Shown piece by piece: positions 12,124 through 22,900 of a stretch of DNA of 37,155 nt; within the stretch, counting starts at the first letter, position 1; each line of letters begins with the position of its first letter. The position numbers were made by a program, and so were the translations under genes. The notes below the pieces were generated by a model. It saw only the letters and a list, made by a program, of their open reading frames with translations, was not told the origin of the DNA and ran no database searches. The stretch is from Sphaeroforma arctica JP610 (Eukaryota). The stretch is taken from contig NW_014040219.1 of the NCBI RefSeq assembly GCF_001186125.1, forward strand, positions 1 to 37,155, written 5' to 3'.

Positions 12124-13180
12124 ATGAGTTCTAACAACTATGGTTTGCCTCTCAGAGAGGAGGAACAAGCGGATTCCACCGAGGAAGAAATATATCAGGT
12201 GAAAGGCTCGGAAGAGGAATCTGCTGACAGCCCCCAACCTGAGGAGCCTACATCGAACCCTCACAAACGTACCACCGACGAGGCTGAGCTCGATAAACAG
12301 AAAAAGGACCGGGAAGCTGATAACAATAAAACAGGAACAAGCAAACAGCCCAAAACGGACAAGAACTAGAAGGGCAAGAAGCCCGCAACCGCCAAGGGAA
12401 CTTTGGTTGCATCCATAATACTGCTCCAGTTCCAAGACCAAGTCAAGGATCTGTTTGCACAGCAATCTGCCGAACATGCACAACAACTGATGTGTATGCA
12501 AGTGTAGCTAGCCATCCTCTGCGATGGAAACACGAACCGCACTCAGTTGGAATTCGATACAGTTCTCTGGTCCTTTCTGCCGACACTGTCAGAACAGCAA
12601 AGAGACAAACTGGTGAAAGGTAACATGCTTACACTGAAAGAAGTGGAACGTGCCATGCGTCCAGTTCATATTCGTGAGAAAGCATTTGAGTCATCATTTA
12701 GAGATTCAGGAGTTCCCAAATTGAGGGTCAAGAAGGAGACCTTCACTTCCGCAGCAGATGTCATGGGTGTCTCGCATATCTGCCTAGGGCTGAACATACT
12801 CCACTACGAGAAATTTGATTAGGATAAAACAGCTCGTTTCGATCATATCGCATGCCAGATACCCCTCTGTAAGTATCTCACCGAATGCACACCCAGTGCC
12901 GTAGCTCGGCTGAATGTGGAACATCGCTCCTACTTGGACAACACCAGAGTCGATTTCTGTGCCAACCTTGAAACTGCATAATCTGCAGTATAGAGATTAC
13001 CTTCTACGTCTGCGACAGTCGTAGAAATCCGCAGAACAATTCAAATGGGCAGCCAAGGGGTGTTTGTCTTCGTTTCAGTCATGGCGCTTGCTCCAACCGC
13101 AACTACAGGCACGAGCATGAGTGCTCGAACTCCGTGTGCAAGGACAAGGCATCGCATGGAGCCAACGCGCGCAAATCTGA
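12124..13180 (+). pseudogene. Ngaro gag-like ORF remnant with C-terminal zinc finger
   Basis: Charged N-terminus (12124-12369), several stops, and the Cys/His motif CLRFSHGACSNRNYRHEHECSNSVCKDKASHGA at about 13065-13165, typical of DIRS/Ngaro gag. Confidence 0.7.
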
Positions 13181-13723
13181 CCAATATGAGTAACGTAGGC
13201 CGTTGCCTGCAACTCCTCGACCCCGGTCGGTTCCTACCATGCGCACACACGTGTACATAAGTTAAAGACACCGCAAACATTACCAAACGCAGCCGCTGTT
13301 GCCAACGCCCTATTAGTGTATGACCCCTCTGAAAATGACACCATTGTTCGCATGCTGACAGAAAGGGCTCGTTTTGGCTATTATTTTGCTAGGGATAAAT
13401 CGTAATATATACAAAAGTTCATAAAGCCGTACACGAAAATACCGCAGGAAATCTGGCTGGAATTCAGTCGGCCAACGCGCACAAATCTGACCAATATGAG
13501 TAACGTAGGCCGTTGCCTGCAACTCCTCGACCCCGGTCGGTTCCTACCATGCGCACACACATGTACATAAGTTAAAGACACCGCAAACAGTACCAAACGC
13601 AACCGCTGTTGATAGAAAGGGCTCGTTTTGGCTATTATTTTGCTAGGGATAAGTCTTAAATATACAAAAGTTCATAAAGCCGTACACGAAAATACCGCAG
13701 GAAATCTGGCTGGAATTCAGTCG
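13161..13723 (+). repeat. Internal tandem duplication in the Ngaro element
   Basis: 13161-13470 is repeated at 13471-13723, and the second copy lacks about 55 nt. Confidence 0.9.
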
Positions 13724-15080
13724 GATTTCTGGCTGAAATTTAGTCGGATTTGCAAGCGGGCACACCAATTGGCCCCTTTACACGCGATCAACTCGAAATT
13801 AAGTGTTATCGTATCTCACCTTCGAGTCAAGCAATATCAATTCGACCAGACGGCACTCAGAATTGTCGACGTATTAATGACTTATCTTAGCCTCGCAAGG
13901 GAACAATGAAGAGCGTGAATGCTGAAATCCAGTACGAGATTATCAAATACACTATCCTCCGCTCCTTTTAGACATTATCAACGAATGTCCTCATGGCACC
14001 AGCATAAGTGTCATTGACATCGTCGGCGCATTCCAATTAATTCCTGTGCACAAGGATGCCATTGGTCTGCTTGGTTTTCAGTGGAAAACCTATTGTGTTT
14101 TGAGGTATGCCTACCTTTTGGCCTCGCTAGTTCAGCTGCCATCTATGAACGACTTGCAAAAGCTGTTGGCTAATTCCTCCGCGAAGCTTATATGACATCA
14201 GGTCGTTGGGCGAATGACTTCTCTCTCATGCATATCCCAGGCCGCTACAAGTAGAAAATCCGCATTGTCTTGTCTGTACTTGAACACTAAATATACCTAT
14301 TTCTACCGCAAAGGTTATCGGGGCGAACCTATTGCTGAATGGATTGATGTCATAAATAATATAATATACAACGACGAATAGTCGGAAACTCTGAGACAAA
14401 ATGTGCTAAATATCTGCTCTTGTTCGATTATCATTCACTGACGACGACAGCTACACTTGGCACACTCGCATCCTTCGCTGAGAAAGTTATTTAACTAACA
14501 ATATTCCTCCAGGCTCGGCCTTACGTACAACGAATTTACTGGCTTCTGCCAACGGGCAAACGTTGGCCAAAACACAAGTATATGCGGGTACCTCGGGAGG
14601 TTCGCAACGATTTCGCTTCCCTTGCCTACATTTTGAAAGCTTGACCGGGTACAGCACTGATTGCCCGACTACCTCGCGAGGATATGATCGTAGCCTCAGA
14701 CGCCTCTAGCATCATCGGCGGAGGCGGTTATAATTCGACTACGGATAAGTAGTTCTTCATGTCGTGGGGAGCCCACCATTTAAAATGGAAATTCCGATTC
14801 ATGATGCATACTCAATACCTCGTGACGGATCCCAAACCTTATTTATTTGTGCATTTGAGCTCATGGTGGTAGTGTAACTGCTAGCTTTGGGCCGTGACGA
14901 GTTTCAAGGTCGCATCGTTCGAATATATTTTTATGACACCCAGACTGCCGTCGCTGACATTACATGCTGATCGTTCAATATCCAAGAATGCTGTTTTTTT
15001 TGTTTTTTTTTGCGCTATCTAACAGAAGTAGAACTGTCTGTATATTGCCCTGTTGAATGCGTATATTAACACGCTTGTAG
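13628..15080 (+). pseudogene. DIRS-type reverse transcriptase / RNase H remnant
   Basis: DIVGAFQLIPVHKDAIGLLGFQWK (from 14016), LPFGLASSAAIYERLAKAV (about 14110), IVASDASSIIGGGGY (about 14690) and ICAFELMVVV, broken by frameshifts and stops. Confidence 0.88.
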
Positions 15081-15572
15081 ATGCAATATCGCGCAACGAA
15101 ATGTCGAAAGTTAGAGAGCTACAGCCAAATCTATACTCAAGTGGTTGTGTACGAAAAGACATTCACAGCATGCTTCGCTGCGGGCCGCTGACCCCAATCG
15201 ATAATTTTCGAATATATATATAATATATATCCTGAACATAAAATATGCTGCGTGGGCGTGAGACGAGTGTGTCCTTACTGAAAATATACACGGATTGTTT
15301 TTGGCCGCAGCATATTGCACTGTTGAATACGTATTAACACGCTTGTCAGATGCAATATCGCGCAACGAAATGTCGAAAGTTAGAGAGCTACAGCCAAATA
15401 TATACTCAAGTGGCTGTGTACGGAAAGACACTCACAGCACGCTTCGCTGCGGGCCGCTGACCCCAATCGATAACTTTCGAATATATATATATTATATCCT
15501 GAACATAACATTTGCTGCGTGGGGGTGATACGAGTGTGTCCTTACTGAAAATATACAGTGATTGTTTTTGGC
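15035..15572 (+). repeat. ~275-bp tandem duplication within the Ngaro element
   Basis: tattaacacgcttgt..gatgcaatatcgcgcaacgaaatgtcg... occurs at about 15063 and 15332. Confidence 0.88.
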
Positions 15573-15689
15573 CGCATTCCAATTTTACTTACCGCTACCA
15601 GGCGTCTCTCACTCATATTACTCGTTATTCTAACGATCGATATAGTATATATATATATATTCAAAAACACAGCACCACAGAGTGCAACA

Positions 15690-16560
15690 GACACTCTCAG
15701 ATTGACGTTCCGCTCGAACATCATCAGGCCTCGCAATCTGGCATCAAAACTACTCGGTACAACGCTGATACGGCGGACGAAATAAACTTTACGTTCGCAA
15801 CTCGGCCATCCACGAAGGGTACTGCAAACATTGCACAAAGTTAGTATCTGGACTGCTTGGTGGCCAAAAACCCGCTTCCCCCAAAGAGGTACTATTGGGC
15901 GCTCTTCCAGTACATGTACTACCCGGGATTTGGTTCTGTAGCTGGCTGAATGTTAGGAATCTGGAACCGACTTCGCTCAATACATCACAGGCCACTGGTG
16001 GCAATCTTCCGGAAGGCCATACGATGCAGACGCGTTGCTGAAGGCACTATTCGCGACCGTCGTCCGTTGACACCTGTCACAATCCAACGCCAACTGATGC
16101 CATATATCGCCCGCAACCGACACGATCTACAGGCTGTTCGGCTGTACACTATCATTCTCGTGAGGGGGTTTACCGTTGTGCGCGCTGGCGAACTGACCGT
16201 ACTCGGAGCATATCCATATCCACCGCGGCAACGACGTACGCTTGTTTGATGACTACGCTCTAAAGTCACTTTGCCAGTGTCGAAACTAATGTCGACCGAG
16301 CAACTACTACATGCGTACCGAAATTACCAGCGATTATGGCTATAGTAAGTCCGTACCGTGCATTCGTGAATTGACTCGCACGGACATCGATAACCCTATG
16401 AGAATACACGTTCACTGCACAATTGAAGAAAACACTGACCATGTGTAATTTAGATTCCAATCAATGCAGCGAACACTTACTTCGTATCGGATGACAGAAC
16501 GCTGGACATCCGAAGTAAACCGAATTTATTCGCGTCGTACCGACAAGGGCCACAAGCGTG
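15690..16560 (+). pseudogene. Tyrosine recombinase remnant
   Basis: RRPLTPVT..YTIILVRGFTVVRAGEL contains the catalytic Arg box, and HLLRIG (about 16474-16491) matches HSxRxG. Confidence 0.8.
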
Positions 16561-18922
16561 TAGCCACGACTTTCTCGCACTTCATCAGCATGAACGGCTT
16601 GCCCTCTAACGAACCTCCCACCTTCTAGCTTTCGCTGTCCAAGTTACACACACTTGTAGCCGGGGAAGGCGTGGAGCTTCCGTAGAGGATTGAACTTCGG
16701 ACAGAACGCCCTGGATACCGTCTGTCCGGCGCCGGTCGCACTACCAAGTACAGTGGATGACGGTGCTGAACTTGGCGCATACACGAGTGTTCATTTTTTG
16801 TGAAACATAAAATCACCTGGGATTTTATTATCTGTAAAATATGGCCGAGAGATTAATTGGATCATAGTATACAAGGTATGTTTAAACGCGGGGCCGTGGT
16901 GAATGCTGGCTGTATATATAAGCCAGTCACACATTGCGAATGCAAGCATCGACATTCAGTCTATTCCTAGGCATTTGGAGATCTACCCAGCCTCTCCCTA
17001 CAACAGAGGATTCAATTTTAGTTTAGCAAAGTTCTTAATAAAACGACGGACCCAGGTTTCGGACAGAAGGCTCTGGGTACCGTCGGTCTGGCGCCGCTCG
17101 CACTAACGAGTACGGTGGATGGCGGCGCTATACTTAGCACATACACGAGTGTTCATATTTATGTTCGGTTCAGTTTGTTATTATTTTTGTTGTACACAGA
17201 AGGATCGGAATCATGATATGTAACAACTTCTGCCACAATGTTGGTTTAACTCGAAACTGAGAGTTGACTATTCAAAGGTGTGATGGGACTTTGCAATATT
17301 GTCTACATTTCTGGACAATCTAACATATGTATACTTAGACTGGCACCATCTTTTTCTTTGCCTTGAATAAAGACTTTAAAAGTATAGTACATACAACCCG
17401 TGTGCCTCAAACACATTTTAATCTCACGACACTAACTTTCGTAACTATCATGAACACAAGCCCTAAGCTACCTGCCATAACTTGGTTATGTGTCGGTTAC
17501 ACTGTAAAAACCCAGTTTTTGGATAAAACTTAAGTCGGGCACCGATGGGTCGAATAAACTGTACTTTCCAAGAAATGTCTGATGGGTCAATTACGATGGT
17601 CCAATATCCCGGTCTATAATATGGCTTACCTCAACCCGACAACTTCGCCCGATCTTGTCAATGACAGTACCAATTATTAGACTGAAATTGCGTCAAAAGA
17701 TGGTCTTCACCTTCAACAGTAATGCACCATAGTGACAATTCGTGCACGCAGGAAACCCAATAGCGTCGGATGGTATCGAATGGTTGGAAGCTAAGCTTTG
17801 AACTTAAAATGACGGCAAACATATAAACATAGTATTGCTTAGTTTCGAAATTTGTTTTGCAATTCTTTTCGAATGCTATCAAATAGACCATGTGAACGGA
17901 ATAAGACAACTAGTGGCGTACTGCGTAGGTACCTATCACATTTTAATTGACCATAGCAACCACCCGTACAGGTAGTAGCGAACATAAAAATAAAAATAAA
18001 ATAGAGTGGGGTCTATCAAACGATAAGTCGTGTTGTGGGTATAATTTATAAACTTTTTTTCATTTATGGATATATTTTCCATTATTTGTTTTCATATTCT
18101 AATGTTTCTTGTCTTGTGATTTAGTTCCACTGATTCTACAACTGTATCATACTGAGAAAAAGAGAAACGCGTATAGAATCTGAGTTATTGGGGAACATCT
18201 ATCTCAGAGTTCGCATTTACATCGACAAGTGTTTTGCAGCTAAAAGACGTGTAAATTGCATATGCGACCTCGTACCGACGTGTGTCAGTCGAATCTACTT
18301 GTATATTTATACTTCCAATGTATGATTGGAAATATCGCTCGTACTATTATTATATTTCCTTCGTGGAACGTAGAAGCATAAACCCACCTCACACGTGTTA
18401 CTTTTTCTTGTTTTCAAATCAGCGTGTTAATATGCTTTAAATGTTCACACACTTTGCATTTCAACTGCTTCCACACACACTATACATACTATCGAAAAAT
18501 TGTAAGCAACTTATCTTGTATCCACATGTGGCACTTTTACAATACATTTTTAACTAGATTGTCTCATTATATATAATAGCCGACTTGTTGTTCTGTACGT
18601 GATGTTGTGATGAAGGGTTGGTGGTTCAATCTAACTGTACCATATGGTGGTCACAGCCTTGTAATAATAGACGGGATTTTAGGGCGAGTTGTTTATTTGG
18701 AGTGTATGTATTTTGGCATCGAATAGATTATGTACGTTAACATAGGCATACTATTTCGTACTGTGTGTAGTAACTATACAACACCACTATACCTGGCCAC
18801 CCTATGTGAAGTAGGCGTAGTTGTGTTCCTTTTTGTGACCTGGTCATATAGTACTTAAATTATGACTCTATACAGAAGGCACAACCCCGATTTAGATATA
18901 TGCTTCTTTACTTGGCCAGGAA

Positions 18923-19182
18923 GGGATACTATCCAGAACAGTCTGAGCATGATAACTATATAAACTCGGCATTAGGAACAGTACATGATTGGGTGTGCCT
19001 AACAACAGCTGCTTGATTTATAATTTTGTACTATAATAGACAAAAATTTATAGCGAGTGTTGGTATGGTGGATTATTCAGAACAGCCTGAACACACTATG
19101 ATTCTTCAATAGTTAAACTCAGCATTGGGCAGAATACATGGTCGAGTGTGCTTACCTGCGGCTGCTTTATTTATAGTTTTGT
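18923..19182. repeat. Diverged direct repeat (~110 bp x2)
   Basis: cagaacag.ctga..a...taaactc.gcatt.g...tacatg....gtgtgc.ta...gctgctt.atttata.ttttgt occurs at about 18923 and 19070. Confidence 0.7.
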
Positions 19183-19626
19183 TAATCGCACGATTATATA
19201 CACATCGATAATCGGTTCATATATCGAACTAAAACACTCTAACAGCCGAGATGTTACTGCTTCGAAAAATCATTACCAAATACTGCGCAATCCGTGTTGG
19301 TCATGATACAATCAATTGATCATACTAATAGTTCATTTACATCAACAACCAAGGCTGTTGAACTTCTTAAATGCAGTACCTGGGCAAATACTGGTACATT
19401 TGGATTCCAATATAAAATTCACAGCATAAGTAATGGGCATATCACGCAGTATATCTTACCATATCATTCTGCAGGTTCTACAGCTATCTATGATTCAATA
19501 TGGGAGAAATTTCTATTCATAACAAACTCATGTGCTGGAGGCATACAGGTCGGTTTGGAATACCAAAAAAATAAATTTCCGAGTACTGTTTAAATAAAAT
19601 TTAAAAAATGGTGAAGGGTCACTGTC

Positions 19627-19915
19627 AACTCAATCATTTGGAATCAATAGAGTGGCAGAGTATTTTACTGAAGAGTAGATGACGGTGCTCTAAATGGTGG
19701 AGGATATTACCCAAGCATAGTTTAGTGGTTCGTATTTTACAGCGCTTTATATACTAAAGCAATGTTAGATGTAAGGGTTTATAATGACGTACTACACGGA
19801 GAGTAGGGTCTGTATTAGCCAGGAAACTTTGAGCTAATCTTCAGTCTGCTAAAAATATTCGTTTAGTCAACAACTTTGATTCAATAAAACTAGAAGATAG
19901 GAATTTGAGATTACA
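19627..19915 (+). repeat. 5' LTR (5'-truncated)
   Basis: Aligns to 25983-26320 and ends in gagattaca. The upstream part of the LTR is missing. Confidence 0.9.
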
Positions 19916-19934
19916 ACTAAACGTTAGTAGAAAA

Positions 19935-22900
19935 TGGCGTATGTATAGAAAGTAGTGAATGAACCATTGTGGAAGCATGTCAGAGGGGAGCCGGTGACGG
20001 TGCTGATGGATTGCTAGGCTAGGGTGCAGAAGACGAAGGCCTATGAAACGGCTTTGAAGAAGGGAGGCTCGAGACCTGCTGTGCTTATTTCGCAGGAGGT
20101 CACTCCTGAGACGCGATTAGAACTTGAAGAAAGCCGAAAGACTTGAGGATGGCGGCAGCAGCTCTGTATTCTATGTTCAAGGACTCGTTTGAGATAGGCG
20201 AATCGCAAGCTGATTTTACGAAATCAATAGGTCTGTGGCGTAATAAGCCGGATAAAGTAATTTTGGCGTTAAGAGAATTGAAGGATAATAGAGCGCGTTA
20301 TGTGATTGCGGTGAATGAGGCAAATAAAAGCATTGAAAGAACATGATGCATTTGAGGATATTGATGAGTCTGAAGATGAGAGGGTAGAGGATAGTGAGTT
20401 AGAGGCTGATGACGAGGATGCGATAGCTGCGTCGAAGGATTTGTTGAAGCAGAATAAGCAGCAGTATGAGGCATTAGTTAAGCAACTACGAAAGAATGCA
20501 TTCAAAGGAGGACAGCATGGTTCGAGGTGGCTGGTTCCGTTGCTTAGGGATGATGATTGGTTTCAATCTATCCTAGTATTGGCGGATAATGTTGATGCTT
20601 GGAAGAAAGGGCCTGAGGATTTGAAAGATTTGTCAGCTCGTACGGTGAGTCTGGTAAAAGCTTTGTTTGATGGTAGTATAGCTGTAAGAATATGGGTTTG
20701 AAGTTATTTAATAGTGGTGGTTTGGCGGATGTGTTAGAACAGTTGACGTGTATGCGTTAGTATGCGAAAGAGCAACAGGCTGATAAAAATCAAGCAAATC
20801 GTAGACATCAGGTGCGTATGGAGGCAAAACAGAAGCAGTTTCAAGCGGCTGCGGCTCGTCAGGTAGCTGGTGCAGGTACGAGCGCAATGAGTAGGTTGCG
20901 TGGTCCGTGCAATTTTGTAAGGAAGTAGGGCATTATGTTAGAGAATGTCCTGTCTTGAAAGAGGTGATTTGTCATGGATGTAGCAAGAAAGGGCATTCTG
21001 CTAAACACTGTCCAGATGAGTGTGTGCAGCCGGCAGTGGCGGCAGGGGTGACTATGGCAGTTATGCCAAGTAATGATGTTGTGGGTGGACAGCGGCTGGA
21101 TGTGCATGGGAAGACGTATTCGTATGCGGCAACTGCAGCTTTGGAAGGGTCTCTTTTGCCCGTGGTTGATGCTTATTTGGCAACAGAAGACAAGTATGTG
21201 CGTACGTTTATTGACCATGGGGCAGATATGTCTATGATTTCTAAAGATGTGGCCGAGAATCTGGGTTTGGCGGTGAGAAACAATCTGTGTGGTGAGTGGG
21301 TGAATGGGTTTGGTGGACCAATGTTTGTGGAGTATCAAGTGAGATATTTAGATGTGACGGTGCCAACTTTAGTGGGTGAGCGTGTGGTGAAGCTTGATGC
21401 ATGGGTGATGGTTTGGTCCCGTATGAAGCAGATTTATTGTTTGGATGTAGGGAGTTAGATTTACATGGTCTCACGGGAGCAGTACTGAGGCGACAGGGTA
21501 TAACAAAGTATACGCTCTTTCCAGTGCAAATAGAGCGCGAGACAGCTGAGGATTTTGGGACGTGGGTTCAGACGCAGGCGACTGCACCAGTCTTGGATTA
21601 TATTCAGCATGTTGCGGTATTTCTTTTTACACCCTTTGATCATATACAGAAGGATGATGGGTGGGATTCGGGGTATAAAGTGAGAGCGATGGGCTAGACC
21701 AGTTGGCTGTGGATGCTGATAGGAGTCTTGAGGTGTTAGCAATGTTAGTGGCGGAGATTAGGGAGGTTGCATATAATGATAAAAAGCCGAGGCTTATTCG
21801 TGATCGTATGTTGCAGGTGCCTGTGCGGCAGGTGTATAAAGAAAATGTTATGTGTTTAATACAGATCATGAGGCAGAAGGTGTATGCCTTGCTGGAGGCT
21901 GGGTTGATTGAACGGATGCTGAATACGGATTGGCTCACGGTGCCGAAATTGGTACCTAAGGTCCCTGGAGGTACATCTAATTATGACGAAGCAAAGGAAT
22001 GGCGAATGTGTATAAATTATCTGAGGACTAATCATCAGCTGGAGGCTGGGATGTATCCTGTTCCGACAGAGGATGAATTTTTGTCGTCAGTCCGTGAGTT
22101 CAAGTATAAGACCAATGTTGATGCAGGGAATGGTTCTGGGCAGTTGATGGTAGCTCCGGAGAGTAGAGGAGTAACTGCGTTCTTGACACCATGGGGTGAA
22201 CGGTTTCAATATATCGGGATGCCTTTTGGGCTTAAAAAGGCCTCCTTTGTTTTTCAACAGTTGATGGATGAGACTTTAGAGGGTATAAGTGGGTGTAAAA
22301 CATATATTGATGATACGGGCTTAGGTGCGAATGATGCAAACAAACATTGTATTGATATTGTTGAGATGATATGTCGATTTAAGAAGAAGGGCATCCAGCT
22401 GCGTTTAGCGAAATGTAATTTTGCTTATCAAGATGAACCTATTGTTGTTATGGGACGATCGGTGACGACACAGGGGTCTATGATTAGTGATGACAAGTTG
22501 CAGGCGTTGTTGGCGATGCCAAGACCAGATACGAAGGCTCAAGTGCGGTCATTGTATCAATGTTTTGGCTGATGGGCGAAATATGTTCCTGGGTTTCCAA
22601 GATTTTGGCGCCTATTAGTGATCTTGTTATGCAGAGGGTGCGTTTCTGCTGGGGTGAGCCTCAGGAGCATACTTTCTTGGCGGTGCGTGAGTTGTTAAAG
22701 GCGCAAGTGGTGTTAGCTGAGCCGGCTCAGGATGAGCAGTTGAGGATGCAGACTGATGCATCTGATTTGGGAGTAGGTGCGTCTCTCTGTGTATGGAGGG
22801 ATGGGCGAAGGCTGCCAGTTGGCTTTGTTAGTTCTAAGATAGGTTCTCATGCAAATCTATCTGAGACTGATCGTGAATTGATTGCTTTGGCCTATGGGTT

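Larger units (their letters stand above)
11434..17156 (+). mobile_element. Decayed tyrosine-recombinase retrotransposon (DIRS order, Ngaro type) with split direct repeats A1-[gag, RT/RH, YR]-B1-A2-B2
   Basis: A1 (11434-12101) resembles A2 (16794-16972). B1 (16696-16794) resembles B2 (17058-17156), with 15 differences in 99 nt. Interrupted gag, RT, RNase H and YR motifs occur in that order. Confidence 0.9.

Noticed and set aside
11454..12137. Long ORFs across the N run
   Set aside because: Artefacts of the assembly gap.
17532..17656. Degenerate inverted repeat (MITE-like)
   Set aside because: Short, imperfect arms with no TSD; could be chance.
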